A DNA stretch of 64,000 bases from Octopus vulgaris (taxonomy: Eukaryota). The position numbers and the translations under genes were made by a program. Positions 1 to 13,616 of this stretch are shown in pieces (within the stretch, counting starts at the first letter, position 1; each line of letters starts with the position of its first letter). The notes under the pieces were generated by a model that saw only the letters and a list, made by a program, of their open reading frames with translations, did no database searches and was not told where the DNA came from. The DNA is taken from positions 133,858,001-133,922,000 of the forward strand of contig OX597815.1 of NCBI GenBank assembly GCA_951406725.2. Direction: 5' to 3'.

Positions 1-1190
1 AAGGGCATATAGAAAATAATCAGATATTTAAAGGTTATGTTGAGGCTGTATTTTTATTTTTGTTGATTGGAGAGTTATATAAAGTGGAGATGATAATCCA
101 AACATTTCAGTAGAACTAAAATTGGCAAGTTATTAGATCAAAAGGTGATAGCTGATGCAGACAACACTATATATAAATAGCTTAACGCTCAGGTAAAAGA
201 AATTAATAGAAATCTCAGATATTGCATTAGATGTTGAAGTAGTTAATTAATCTGATGTGATATTTGTTCAAAGTAAATATTTGAAAGTGTGAGATTTTTA
301 TATGAACATTTTGTCAATGGAGATAATTTTCTGAGTTCTCAGTTTGCTTGCTTATCAACAGATCACCGATACACTGGCAACAGCCCATGTTGTGTAGTGC
401 AAAGCCATATTTAATAGTAGTTGTAATCTCAACTTAATGTGTTTGATCTACACGTCTCAATCCTAGGATGTAAGGAGAATTGACCTTTTTTGTAAGAGAT
501 GCACCGCCAGAAGTGTCTAACAGTTGAACTGCATGACCTCATAAGCACCAGTTATTTGGTTTAATGAGATCATTCTTTTAAAGAATCAAGTAGCATACGA
601 GAAGTAGCTCAGGAAGGTGACTCAGAAGATGAAGGAGGAGAAAATCTGTCACAAGAGATACTTGTTGACTAAGAATGCAAATTTAAACACAGCCTAATAG
701 CAGACCCAGTTTACAAAAAATTAATTTGGTAAAAATGTGGCAAAAAGAACATAAATTAGAAAAAAAAATACATTTCAGGTAGTTCTGTTGATAAAGTCTG
801 TGAAGTTAATTTGTTACGTAAACTAATGGACTCATATTAATAGTAATTTAAAAAAAAGATTCTGTGGCACTCATGCCTTTCTTAAAAACTCTCAACATAT
901 AAATTGACTATTATCATTTCTAGCATGTTGAGAAATCACATAAAAGTCGCAATTTCCAACATTTTCCTTTCCTACATACCTAAGACTTTATGTCTGTGTA
1001 TCTGCTATATACCTCATATATTCTTCATAGAACTTCTTCCTGCATGATAATTATTAGTGACAGAGGCAGTATTAATACCAAAGGACAATCTTTACAACCA
1101 GTTTAATGTGGATGTGTGGCTGTTTTGCTAGGATGCCAAATATTGCAGTATTCACCTTGAGAGAACCTCTCATATGGATGCATGGTACAT

Positions 1191-1414
1191 AAAAGTACAC
1201 ACATTCTAACTATATGGGGTAGAACTTCTTCAGGGTTTTTATGAGCTTGTAGGGCTTAGGTTATCATTTTTGTAGGATGCATAGTGAGTTTATAAACTTT
1301 ATGCATGGAGAGTGATAAACTCTCCATGCATCCTTCAAAAATGATAACCTAAGCCCTACCAGCTCATAAAAATACTGAAGAAGTTCTACCCCATATAGTT
1401 AGAATGTGACTTTT
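1191..1414. mobile_element. Palindromic (fold-back) MITE-like element
   Basis: Left arm CACATTCTAACTATATGGGGTAGAACTTCTTCAG...GGATGCAT (from 1200) is the near-perfect reverse complement of ATGCATCC...GAAGAAGTTCTACCCCATATAGTTAGAATGTG (to 1408). A diverged half copy lies at 56647-56752. Confidence 0.8.
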
Positions 1415-1841
1415 TTTTTTAGCATTTAAACAAATGCTTAGAATTTCTAATTGACTAGGGGATAGCACAGAAACATATGTAGGTTTTTAAAATTCTTTTT
1501 GAGCTTTTACAACTTATAATCAGTTTATTTGTATTGTAATGTTTTTAAAAGAAAATTTTCAACATTTCTTTTAACATACAAGTAAATTTTTCATACATCC
1601 AATTCTCTTTATTTTCATTCCTTCAATATATATATATATATATATATATCGTCATCATCATCATTTACTATCTGCTTTCCATGCTGTCATGGGTTAGACG
1701 GTGCCTAAAGCCAGCTGGAGACGATGATCTCCTGGGGCTAAAAGCTTCAGTAACACCCACCCTTTGTGGTTAGCCATATTGAGATGGCTATTATACTTTA
1801 CATTGTCAAGCGGTTACTGTTTACATCTCATTTATTATTGC

Positions 1842-1842
<1 letters not shown>

Positions 1843-1874
<32 letters not shown>

Positions 1875-1875
1875 T

Positions 1876-1908
<33 letters not shown>

Positions 1909-2003
1909 TTATATATGTATGTATTTATATATGTATGTATTTATATATGTATGTATTTATATATATATATGTATATGTATATATATATATGTATATGTAT
2001 ATG

Positions 2004-2034
<31 letters not shown>

Positions 2035-2041
2035 GTATATG

Positions 2042-2073
<32 letters not shown>

Positions 2074-2097
2074 TATGTATTTATATATATATGTATT

Positions 2098-2128
<31 letters not shown>

Positions 2129-2465
2129 GTATTTATATATATATATATGTATTTATATATATATATATGTATTTATATATATATATATATGTATTTATAT
2201 ATATATATATATGTATTTATATATATATATGTATTTATATATATATATATATGTATTTATATATATATATATGTATTTATATATATATATATATATGTAT
2301 TTATATATATATATATATATGTATTTATATATATATATATATATGTATTTATATATATATATATATATATATACATATTTATATGTGTATATATATATAT
2401 ACATGTATTTATATGTGTATATATATATATACATGTATTTATATGTGTATATATATATATACATG

Positions 2466-2502
<37 letters not shown>

Positions 2503-2548
2503 GTATTTATATATATATATACACACACACATATATATACACACACAC
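1843..2548. repeat. (TA)n-based compound micro/minisatellite with units like GTATTT(AT)n
   Basis: Directly visible; it generates the spurious YIYIY ORFs. Confidence 0.97.
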
Positions 2549-3843
2549 AATAGAAAACACAGATGCTGTAATTTATTGTACCATCAGATGATTATGCTTA
2601 CTGAAATGAAGTTATAAATAAAAGAAAAGACAACATAATTGAAATAAAATCCTGAATAAATGAGCTAATGAAGGTAAAACTCAAAATAAATGCTTTCCAA
2701 TTATTTACTGTTTTATATTTGTTGTTAGATTTTGTTAGATTATTTTTGCCAAATGATAATTTGAAACTGTGATGAAACTTGGTCACCATTTGCTGTGGGC
2801 TGCAAAAATATTCAATTGACTCAAATATTATTTCTAATAATGGCGAAATCTATAATTAAAAATGAGGTAACAATTATAGTTTACTTATTAGTGTTTATTG
2901 TTGTTATTTAATGTTAGATCAGTTGTCAGTAGTTATGAAAGTAATGTAGAATTGATAACTTCATTTGTTATTTCATTCATTTGAATTTGATGAAAAGGAA
3001 TATCAGTTTCAGCTTTGTTATTATTATCGATAATATTAATACGCTAACGTTTTGTCTTTGTATGTACCTGTTGTGTGCATCACACTTACTTCAAAAAAGT
3101 GGCAAAGTGAAGAAAGGAAGACAGAGAAAAAGTAAGAGAGTGAGAGAGAGAGTGAAAGAGACAGTGAGTGGTGACAGCATTCGTTTTGTGTTTTTAAATG
3201 TTTATCACATTGCAAGAGAAGTAGATATATAGATACACATGCACATTGTTAAATCAAAAGTGGGAGAGAAGGGGGACACAAAGGAAGTGAAAGAGGAAGA
3301 GAGAAAGTGAGAGAGACAGTAGATACATAAATCCAAAGAAAAGTTCATACATAGATACATAGACACAGCAAATATTGGATGTCAGTTTCACTTTTCATTA
3401 CCACACGAGGATAAAATTAATTCACAAATGGCTGATTACTCCACACACATGCATAACATTAACGTAGTTCTCAAGGAGATTCAGCCTCACACAGAATTTG
3501 ACAAGGCTGGCCCCTTTGAATTACAGCTACAACTCGAGACATATATATATATGAATGTATTTGTGTGTGAGTGTGTGTAGTTTAGGTTAGTTAAAACATG
3601 TTTGCAATAATAAGTGTTGCATGGTAGAAATAAACGTAATTATCAAACTTTCCTTCATAAATCCATTTATTATTTTGTTCTTTTGCATTTCAATTTGTAC
3701 GTTAAGGTTCTTTGAATATGTACGATGTATTTTAAGGTTAAATAGTAATTCCGTTTACGTTTGTGTAACTGAGGTATTTTGGTTGGATTATATAGTTATT
3801 GGTGTTACATTACTTTCTATATTCTGTAACTGTCACAATATAC

Positions 3844-3990
3844 TTTTCTAGGCCTGAATTTTTTGTGGGAAGGGGGCCAGTTGATTAAATCGACTCCAGT
3901 ACATAACTGATACTTAATTTATCAATCCCAAAAGGACGAAAGGCAAAGTCGATCTCGGCAGAATTTGAACTCAGAATGTAAAGACAGACA
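3844..3990 (-). mobile_element. SINE family A, 5'-truncated
   Basis: Reverse complement of the core TTCTGAGTTCAAATTC...GACTTTGCCTTTCATCCTTT..GGGTCGATAAATTAAGTACCAG shared by many copies in the window. Confidence 0.85.
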
Positions 3991-4282
3991 GTCATAATAT
4001 ACAAACATTTCTCATGGCACCAGTACACTGTTTACAGATGCTTCCGTCTTTTATGTTTTCCGTGAATTTTTCACGGTTTCAGCTAGTTATTGTTGTTATT
4101 GTTATTTTAGTACTGGAGGTGATTTGTTTGACTAAGTACTTCAAGACAGTCCTCCAGCAAAAGCCACAGTCCAGTGACTGAAACAAATAAAAGATAAAAC
4201 AACAGAGGATAAAAAGTCCCAAATTAGTGTTGGCTTTCATTCTAAAAATGGTGTTAGTCTAGAGCAGAAGATAGGCAGAATT

Positions 4283-4495
4283 CTTTTCTACTCTAGACAC
4301 AAGACCCAAAATTTTGGGGGAGGAGGTCAGTTGATTAGATCGGCCCCAATACACAACTAATACTTAATTTATCGACCCCTGAAAGGATGAAAGGCAAAGT
4401 TGACCTCAGCTGAATTTGAACTCAGAACGTTAAGACAGACAAAATACTGCTAAGCATTTCACCTGGCATGCTAACATTTCTGCCAGCTTGCTACC
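4283..4495 (-). mobile_element. SINE family A inserted into the head of another family A copy
   Basis: Family A sequence flanked by direct repeat AAGATAGGCAGAATT (4268-4282) / AAGATAGGTAGAATT (4499-4513). Confidence 0.85.
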
Positions 4496-4929
4496 TATAA
4501 GATAGGTAGAATTGTTAGAACATTGGATGGGAACCTTTTGGTATCTGTTCTGGCTCTGTACTTTCTGAGTTCAAATCCTGTCCCTGTCACTGAAAAATGG
4601 TGAGATTTCTATCAGAAGTTGTAACCAATAGATATTAATCAGAGAAAAAAATGGTAATATAGTTTACTTGATTTGATTGGAAGATGATGAACTGCCACCA
4701 CTATTATTTCAAAAGTGGTGAACACATACCTAAAACCATTCTTTCAGGACATTTTGTCCTATAATAAAGATATGATGGACTCAGTGGGTGTAGTAATTGA
4801 CTAATTTCAGTTTATTAAGTCTGTAGCTCTTTAATAAATTAGTGTAGCTCTTCAATAAATTTGGAAGGAATATAGGATGTAAAAAAAAAAAAAAGGAATG
4901 TAGAATGTAAAAATAAAAAAAAGGTCTAT

Positions 4930-5175
4930 GTTTTGAGTCCTAGGACTTACTAGGGAAGGTTACCCAGTTTCCACGGGTAACCGAGATCACAACATTCCCT
5001 CTGAACAGGGGTAACCATTTGTTGCAGGGTTACTTATTTGCAGTTGAGTGTCCTGGAGCAACATGAAATGAACTGCATTGCACAAGAACACAATATGGTG
5101 TCCAGTCTGGAAATTGGAAACCATGATCTTGCAGTCATAAGTGCAACACCCTAACCACTAGGCTCCATGCCTTCA
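4930..5175 (-). mobile_element. tRNA-headed SINE family D, old copy
   Basis: Reverse complement of head GGCATGG..CTAGTGGTTAGG and body TGTTCTTG...TTTCATGTTGCTCCAG, shared with 43981-44232. Confidence 0.7.
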
Positions 5176-5250
5176 CAAATATAGGATAACCCATCTAAAA
5201 TAACAGGCAAATGAAGACCTTCTCAAAACCTATGTGTAAAATCAAAATTT

Positions 5251-5595
5251 AAAATCTAACACATCTCCCCTACCACTCACCCTTAATTTTTTAATTAAAT
5301 CTAAAATATTTTAAATCATTAATTTAGGTTATTTGAAAAAAAAAATGTGGTTTATAGCATTTTTCCTTAAAGAATGTAACTCTTTCTGCTTTCTGAACTG
5401 AAGAGACTGGATTTAAAGGAGATGGCTTGATTGGAGCTAGTAAGGTTGGCTGGTTGTATGAACTGGTAATATTTAGTTCACGTATCTAACACTTTTTCTT
5501 TTTTTTACTATTTTAGATTAAATGAATGTTTCAAATATTTTTGAAATTTAATTAAGAATCATAGGTAAGTGGTAGAGGGAGGAGGTTTGGATTTA
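5251..5595. mobile_element. Degenerate fold-back element with ~90-bp inverted arms
   Basis: Blocks CTACCACT, TTAATTAAAT and AAAATATTT (5270-5311) recur in nested inverted order at ~5534-5576. Confidence 0.6.
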
Positions 5596-5977
5596 GAGCC
5601 TGTAACTATGTTCATAGATGTAGTATTGCTTACTTATCTTTTTACCATTTACTGTTTTCAGTTTGGACTGTGGCCATGCTGGGGCACCACCTTAAATTTA
5701 ATTTAATGTTTTTTGTTCCCTTTTTTTTTTTAAATAATGGTGATATGGTCTTATTTTGTACATTTGTAAATATTTTTCTCTCCTTGAAGTACAGTAGTTT
5801 TATTGGTCAAGGGAGGAAGGTATGAAATAGGCAGGATTCTGTTCAGTAGGAAAACTAATATGATAATGTAATTAGATACTTCAGCAGAAGCACCAAAATT
5901 TTCATCTTCCATGACCTGTTCATTAATTTTCTTAAAAGCAATGTAATGTACACATGCATGCACATATGGGCCCATAC

Positions 5978-6079
5978 ACACATATACAATCACATATGCA
6001 CACTTACATATACAATCATACATGCACATACAATCACACATGCACATACAATCACACATGCACATACAATCACACTTGC
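5978..6079. repeat. 18-bp minisatellite (CACATACAATCACACATG)n
   Basis: About five tandem units visible. Confidence 0.9.
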
Positions 6080-7564
6080 AGCTTTCTGGACATTTTAAAA
6101 GATTAGTAACCAAACTAGAGAAAGAGTTTAAGAGATACTAAGACTGATTGATTACTAGTCTTTGATCACTATTTGCCACTTACTACCATTGTCCAATCTA
6201 TGTCAGCATGGGAGAATGAACTCAATACTGATGGTGATGCTGACGATGATGTGTTGGTGAGTTATCAAATGTAGTTGTCAAGTGAACAGCTGATGTGTAA
6301 GTATATCAATAGTGAACATTTTTCATTACTTCAACCCTGTAACAATCCTTAGCTATAATGATATAATATTCAATGTAGCAAACTTCTTTGTATAGGATTT
6401 TGTCACAATCATATGTGCCACTGGCTAAAGATCTAATTAACATTCTCTCTCTCTCTTTCTCTCTCTCTGTCTCTCTCTCTCTCTCATGCTTCACTCTTTT
6501 TCTCCATCTATTTTATTTGTATTTCTACTATTTTATCTCTTTATCTCTCTTCACCTATCTATCTGTATATCTATATTTCCTTATCTCACTTATATCCTAT
6601 TTATTCAACTATTTTACCTGTATCCTATTTATCTATCTATCTATCTATCTATCTATCGATCGATTGATCTATCTATTTATCGATCGATTGATCTATCGAT
6701 CTATCTATCTATCATCTATCTATTTATCTATCTATCTTGTCTATACCCCATCTATTTACCTACCTATTTTATATCTTATTTATCTATCCTTACACTACTT
6801 TAAGTTGATTGCATTCTATTATATTCCACTGATGTGGAAAAGATCTATTATTTGTGTTGAAGTGTAAGAGACAGTTTCTTGCTCTGATTTACTTATGACA
6901 GCTCATCATATTTACAGTCAGCCTGTAAATCAGATTGTTTTAGCTACTCATTCACTCTTTTCAAAGCAGTCTCTATCTGACTACTGTACTTGCTAGAAAT
7001 AACAATGAAATCTTCTTAAAACTAAACTGTACCTTAAAAAAGAAAAAAAAGAGGAAATAGTGGATAATGTAATTAGGTGTACGCTATGCTTTAAAAGGAA
7101 TTAAGGTAGGATGGTCATGGTTGGGATGCCTTTGTTCAGAAGTCGATTTCAAGAAGTTTGACCTGAAAAGAAAAAAATTATGTACTTTTTAGGCTGCAAG
7201 ATTTGACACAGTGCCTATTGTGCTCTATTAAAAACAGTAGCCAAATCTCCCTGAAATAACACCCCACCACCTTAAAAAATATAGATACATTGGATAATCT
7301 AATTGCGAGCACATTGTTCCAAAGGAAACAAAAACACAGGACATTCATAACTTAAATAGTTTGAATCATAGGTGTACTGGATTAGAACTAACCTAGGGCT
7401 AAACAATAAGACATTCATTTTTGAAATATTCAAGATAATGTTTTGTTTTTATTCCCCCATGAATATTAACAAGTTTGATGCTGTTATTTGTAAGATTTTT
7501 TTAAACCATAAGTCACTCCTGATAAAGACACTCCAACCTAATCGTCACACCTTTTTGGTACATT

Positions 7565-7758
7565 TACTGTATTTGATGGCATATAAGATATTTCTTTTCC
7601 AAAAAAATGTTTCAAGAACACCCTGGGTCCTGTTTTCAAAGCTGGGCCGCCCATAAGCATTAATGTGCTAAAAACTTTTTTTTCCTGAATATATTTAGCT
7701 GAAATAGAGGTTCATCAAATATATTGCCCATGCATGTTTTATGTCATCAAATACACTA
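7565..7758. mobile_element. Tc1/mariner-pogo type MITE (CCGTA-like ends, TA flanks)
   Basis: TIRs TACTGTATTTGATGGCATATAAGA ... TGTTTTATGTCATCAAATACACTA; second copy at 10387-10588. Confidence 0.75.
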
Positions 7759-7784
7759 TATTGTCCACTGTGACCTTTTCTTTT

Positions 7785-8014
7785 TTAACCCTTTAGTAAT
7801 AAGATTTCTCTGTCAAATGTAACACTTATCTATTCACATTATTTTGAATTAATCATGCATTTATTTTGTAGCTTTCAGACTTCAAAGATGTAATTATTCA
7901 TTTTTTGAATGACATTGTAGGTTTGGGTGTGTGAGCTCATATCTGGTCAGTTTGAATATAAGACAGGTAGAAAACTTGGGCCTGATATGGCTAGCTTAAA
8001 TGCTAAAGGGTTAA
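7785..8014 (+). mobile_element. piggyBac-type MITE
   Basis: TTAA-CCCTTTAG ... CTAAAGGG-TTAA. Homologous copies at ~17330-17550, 40543-40754 and ~47845-48059. Confidence 0.85.
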
Positions 8015-8849
8015 AGATGATTAATTAGGTGGTAGTTTGAGGGAAATTTGACTGCTATTTCTACCAGGTTGAATGACTACATAGAAGGCCCTACATTGGC
8101 TTGAGTAAAAATTTTGTTGACAATATTAATATTGTCTAACCCCCATCTTTCTCAGTCAGCCTCCTACTGAGTATAGTATTGTGTTCTATCACTATAGTAT
8201 TGTATGTTTTTTATATCCCTTCTGTTGCTCATATTACATCATTTCATTATTTCTCTTTAAAAATACTACAATTGTTAGCATGCTGTAATAATTTTTTTTA
8301 GAATTTAGGTAACCTGGAAATAGCAACTATATCAGTTGATGGAAATTCAAAAGAATCATTCATTGGCTTTGAAATCAATCGATGCTTGATCAATTTATTT
8401 ATTTATTTATTTTTAAAGAAATGAAAGCATTGATTTTTTTTTTTTTTTTCAAACTATGAAAAGAGTTTATATGCAGACTGAATGAGAAGAGAAAACTTGG
8501 GAAGAGGTTGTTAAGTTAACTCTGTTGAGTTATCAATGATAATAATAACAGCAGTAACCACCACTGGCATCATAACTATTTTCTGAACGATTCTATAACT
8601 ATTTGAATTTACATGTTCTTGTTTAGTCTTAGGTAACCTTTATGTCATTGCTTGACCTACTAGAAACAACAGCTAAATATCCTGTAGATTACACCCTACC
8701 ATTTTCAAGATGGAGGAACACATTGTATAATGTAGTTTTAGATACAGCATGGCCTGAAAAAATGGTGGAAAGGTATTTAATCATTGGCTTACTTGGTCAA
8801 AATTGATCATCATCATTTTATCATTATCACTGTCATCACTACCATCACC

Positions 8850-9265
8850 ATCATCATCATTTTAACGTCTAATTTTCCATGCTTGAGACAGATTGTCAAT
8901 GGCTGGATGCCCTGTTCTGTTGCCAAGCCCCACTTGTTTCCAAGTGAGGTAATAATTCACTTTGGCTGAACATGTTTTCACAGAAGACTGAAAAGGAATG
9001 ACACCATTTGCATGACAGTGACACTCCTAGCTATCATGTGATGTCAAAACTAGGAGCTTCAAACACTCATACGCACACACATTATACATACATACATACA
9101 TACATCTACACACACACACACAATGGTTTTCTTTCAGTTTCTGTTTATCAAATACTCTCACAGAGCTTTGGTTAGCCCAGTGCTTTAGCAGAAAACACTT
9201 GCTCAAGGTGCCATGTAGTGTAACTGAACCCCAAATCTTGTGGTTCGTGAAGCAAACTTCTTAAA
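8850..9265 (-). mobile_element. SINE family B with (GAT)n-ending tail
   Basis: Head GGCACCTTGAGCAAGTG, internal (CA)n, tail GGGCATCCAGCC...CATGGAAAA..GACGTTAAA(ATG)n. Confidence 0.75.
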
Positions 9266-9919
9266 GCAACTGACTTATTTTTCCCTTAAGCATTCTGTCT
9301 TTTTGTGAAAAGAAGTGGAGCTGGCTGTACAAATCAGGTGTGATTAATGATAAATACGTTAAAAGAATATTAATCAGGTATGATTAAAGAGAGTTGTGTT
9401 AAAGGTGTATTAAAATTGGTTTTTGTACATTAACTCATTTGTTTACTCCTAGTATTGGCAGTAAACAGCATCGGGTTTTTGTTTTGCCTATTTTATTATC
9501 AACCATATTCATTGCAATAGAACAGACAGACTGACAACTGTCATTTCCTGGATAAAGCCATTTCAGTCATGCCACTAAAAGCTTTGAGAAAGGTCTTTAG
9601 TGCTTGTCATAGCCCCCCCTTCCCTCCCTTATTTACACCCCACCCTGTGTCAATCTCAGACTTCCTGCTCTAATCTGACTGAAACAGCAGGAACACCATT
9701 CCAGTGACAGTGGCTGAAGCAAATTACATCTAGAAACAAATAAACTACTGTAAAATAATCGAACAACAAAGGCATTGTTATGTACGATGACAACTTATCA
9801 TGACTTCTCTGTCTTTTCATACCATTAACTCTTCTGATTCCAATCCCTCTGAGACTGTCTGCAGGTCTATCATTTAAAAATAATCTTGCATTTTACACTC
9901 TGTTCCTAATCACATTAAA

Positions 9920-10064
9920 CCTTTCCATCATAATATTATACAATAATCTTTTATGTTCCTTCCTTCATAATATTATATAAGAACCTTCTGTGATCTTTCT
10001 TCCATCATAGTATTATATAATAATCTTTTATGCTATATTCTTTCATAATATTATATAAGAATCT
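9920..10064. repeat. ~39-bp tandem repeat, four units in ABAB pattern
   Basis: Recurrent CATAATATTATAYAAKAATCTT core. Confidence 0.85.
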
Positions 10065-10270
10065 AAGGTGGCAAGCTGACAGAATTGTTTGCATGCCAGT
10101 CAAGATACTTAGTGGCACTTCATGTTCAGAGTTCAAATTCTGCCAAGGTTGACTTTGCCCCTTTCATCCTTTCAGGACCAATAAAATAAGTAGCTGTTGA
10201 GCACTGGAATCAGTTTAATTGACTTGGCCCCTCCCCCAAAACTGTTGGCCTTGTGCCAAAATTTGAAACC
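10065..10270 (+). mobile_element. SINE family A, full length
   Basis: Family A sequence with 18-bp flanking repeat AATATTATAYAAGAATCT (10047-10064 / 10271-10288). Confidence 0.88.
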
Positions 10271-10386
10271 AATATTATACAAGAATCTTTTGTTATGTTC
10301 CAAACACCCGCTTAATAACAGAAACATTAGTTATTTTACTGAATCTTTCAAAATTCATGATTATTTTCAAGATTAATTAAAGCACA

Positions 10387-10588
10387 TGCTGTATTTGATG
10401 GCATATAGGTTGCACATTTTTTTAAGCAAAAAAGTGTCTCAAATAAATCACCTCAGGCCTTTTATGCAAAAATTGGGCCTATATTACATGCTTTATTGCT
10501 CTAAAGACCTTTTTTTCCCTGAATATATATTGCAGAAATTGGGTGCATCAAACATGCCCAATGTGTCTTTTATACTATCAAATATGGG
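10387..10588. mobile_element. Second copy of the Tc1/mariner-pogo type MITE
   Basis: CTGTATTTGATGGCATATA left end; internal CCTGAATATAT shared with 7565-7758. Confidence 0.7.
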
Positions 10589-10669
10589 AAGTAGTTTATT
10601 TCATTGGAAGCAAACTTAATAACCAAATTCTCAACTTCACTTGCTTGCTCTGTATGCTCTCTCTCTCTT

Positions 10670-10722
<53 letters not shown>

Positions 10723-12461
10723 ATCTTTTCTCTCTCTCTCCTTCTCTCTCTCTCTTTTTCTCTCTCTCTGCTTCTCTCTCTCCCTCTCTCTCTTTCTCTC
10801 TCTCATATATTTACAAAGTGATATTCTGCTTGGAGGAGAGTATTGTCAATAAGATTAACCCTGGTAGTTAAATGATTTTTTTCTCATTGATACCCCAGAA
10901 CGAAGAAGGACAAAAGGGATTTTGGTAAGGTTTGAAATTAGAACACAAAGGCATGTAACTAAACACCAAGCATTTTTGTCTGGTACTCTACCGGTTTTAC
11001 TATCTTAAACAAACACAATCACTCAGCTATTAGAAATAATAGTGAAATTTTTTCTTAAATCACACACTTCAGTCTTTTAAACAGAATTCCTTAGATAATG
11101 TAATCTAAGATACACTTTATCTGAAAAAGAAAATACTGAACTGCCTTCCTCAGCACTTTTCCCCTTCATTTGAGGAATCTTGTCCTGCAAGTTACTCGGT
11201 GACCCCAATGGTGTTGGTGCCATGCAAAAAGTACCTTGTACACCGAAGTGGTTGGCATTGGGAAGGGAATCCAGCTGTAGAAGCCATACCAAAGAAGACA
11301 GTAGAGTTTGACACAATTTTCTGGTTTGCCAGAGCATCCAACCCATGCCAGCATGGAAAGTGGCCATTAAATGATGATGATGACTAGCCAAAGTTAAAAG
11401 TGTTTTTGATAATAGATCTACTAATCAACATCAACAACACATCAGTTTAATCAAACTATAATCGAACTAAGTTACATCTACATCAAAGTCAGCAGTTCCA
11501 TTTAGCATATATTTCCATTGTCTTGGCAGAGATTTCTGGATAGCTGGTACTTGAATTTTTGAATTTCAAGATGTTTTATTTCTGATTCAATAGTTTCCAA
11601 TAAAGAGACTTATGAAAGCAATAATGATTGAAATATTACTGCTAAGATTAATTTTTCATGCTAATTGCTATGATCTTCTTTCTTCTTCATTATTATGAAC
11701 TGTTATTTTTTTTTTCTGAGATGTTCATATTTTTTTTTAATTCTTAGCACCACCACTACCACCACCACCACCACCACCACTACTACTACTACTACTACTG
11801 CAACAATTATGATATTCTACCAGTACCACCATTTACTTCCAATTCCATCCTTTACTCGACCTTCCCCATCACTACAGAGACTACCACAATCATCACTATG
11901 GTGTTACTTCTACCTCTACCAGTGCTGCTGCACTGTCATTACTAACTCTGCATCACCACTACCACCACAACCACCATCGCTACTACTACCACTACCATCA
12001 CTTTTACTACACCATCACAACAACCAACACCTTTACTATCCACCCCCACACTTCCATCACACCACAACCATCATGCAACCATAAGGTTCCATGTTTTGTT
12101 TCACTACCACCATCATCGTTATCATCACTATCATTCCATGTCCTCTTCCCATGCTGGCATGGGTTGGACTGGTTGTTACAGTCTGAGTCGGTTTGTATTT
12201 ACAGTGTATTACCCTACTAGACGGGTCATAGGATCAGGTCTCACTTGTACTCTTCATTTGTGGGTTTGGCTTTTCCTGAATAATAATAATAATAATCTTA
12301 TAATTCTCTATCTCAAATATCTTTGTTTTTCTTGGATAGAAATATGTATATCTACACATATCCTATCTATAATCTATCCATATATCCTATCCAAAGAAAA
12401 ACAAAGATCAGTATGTATGTGTGTGTGTATGTATGTATGTATGTATGTATGTATGTATGTA

Positions 12462-12506
<45 letters not shown>

Positions 12507-13616
12507 CTATATATAATATTATCTCTCACCTTTCCTTCTCCCCATACTGATATTTCCTATCAACCACACACCCTCTAACCCCCATGTCTAACTATCTGTT
12601 ATTCCTTCCTCACTCACCTATGGAAGTACCCACTCTCCCCTCTCCTGACACACTGTATCCTCTCTTATGCTCACCTTACTGCGCCTTGAGAGAGTACTCT
12701 GACTCTCTATCACTACCATCATTATCCCTTTCCCAACTACTCTCACCCTTATATAATGTGTGGTAGCCATGTATCTCCTCTATAGTAAGACACCAATGTT
12801 TCTCCCCCATCATACCTTAACCTTTCAACATTTATCATAAAATTTCCCCACCCATCCACTTTAGTAGTGGGAGCTTTTACCTTTTCCTTTTTCCCTGTTC
12901 TTTTGCTGTCTTGCAAGTTACTTGGCAACCGCACTATTGCCGGTAGCATGAAAAGAAAAAAACACTCAGTACATACTATAAAGTGGTTGGCATTAGGAGG
13001 GGCATCCAGCCATACAGGCCATGCCAAAGCTCACTTTGGAACTCGGTGCAGCCCTGTGGCTCACTAGTTATTTTTAAACCATCCAACCCATGCCAGTATG
13101 GAAAACAGGTGTTAAATGATGATGGTGGTGATGATGATGACGATTCCATCCCACCCCACCCACTGTCAACTTATGCACCATTGGTCATCAATCATTCCTT
13201 ACCCATTTTTCCTTACACTTATCTTTTAACCCTGCCCTATCTTTAGCGTCTTTCATCCTTCTGTGTGTCAATGAAATAAGTACCAGTTGAGCAGTGGAGT
13301 CCTTGTAATTGACTTAACCCTTTCCCCAAAGTTGCTGGCCTTGTGCAAAAATTTGAAATTATCATTATTATTATTATGGCAACAAGCTGGCAGAATCATT
13401 AGCATGCCAGACAAAATGCTTAGCCGTATTTCACCCGTTGCTACATTCTGGGTTCTATTTTTGCCGAGGTCGACTTTGTTTTTCATCCTTTCGGGGTCAA
13501 TAATTTAAGTACCAGTGAAACACTGGGGTTGAGGAAATCAACTAGTCCTCTCTCTCTAAATTTCAGACCTTGTGCCTATAATAGAAAGGAGTATCATTAT
13601 TATTATTATTATTTGC

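Noticed and set aside
1-672. Possible P-element/THAP9 C-terminal relic (SGDDNP, CIRC, DHRY)
   Set aside because: Motifs too short and need many frameshifts; not supportable without a profile search.
1764-2617. Longest ORFs (216-283 aa)
   Set aside because: Translations of (TA)n repeat, open in several frames on both strands.
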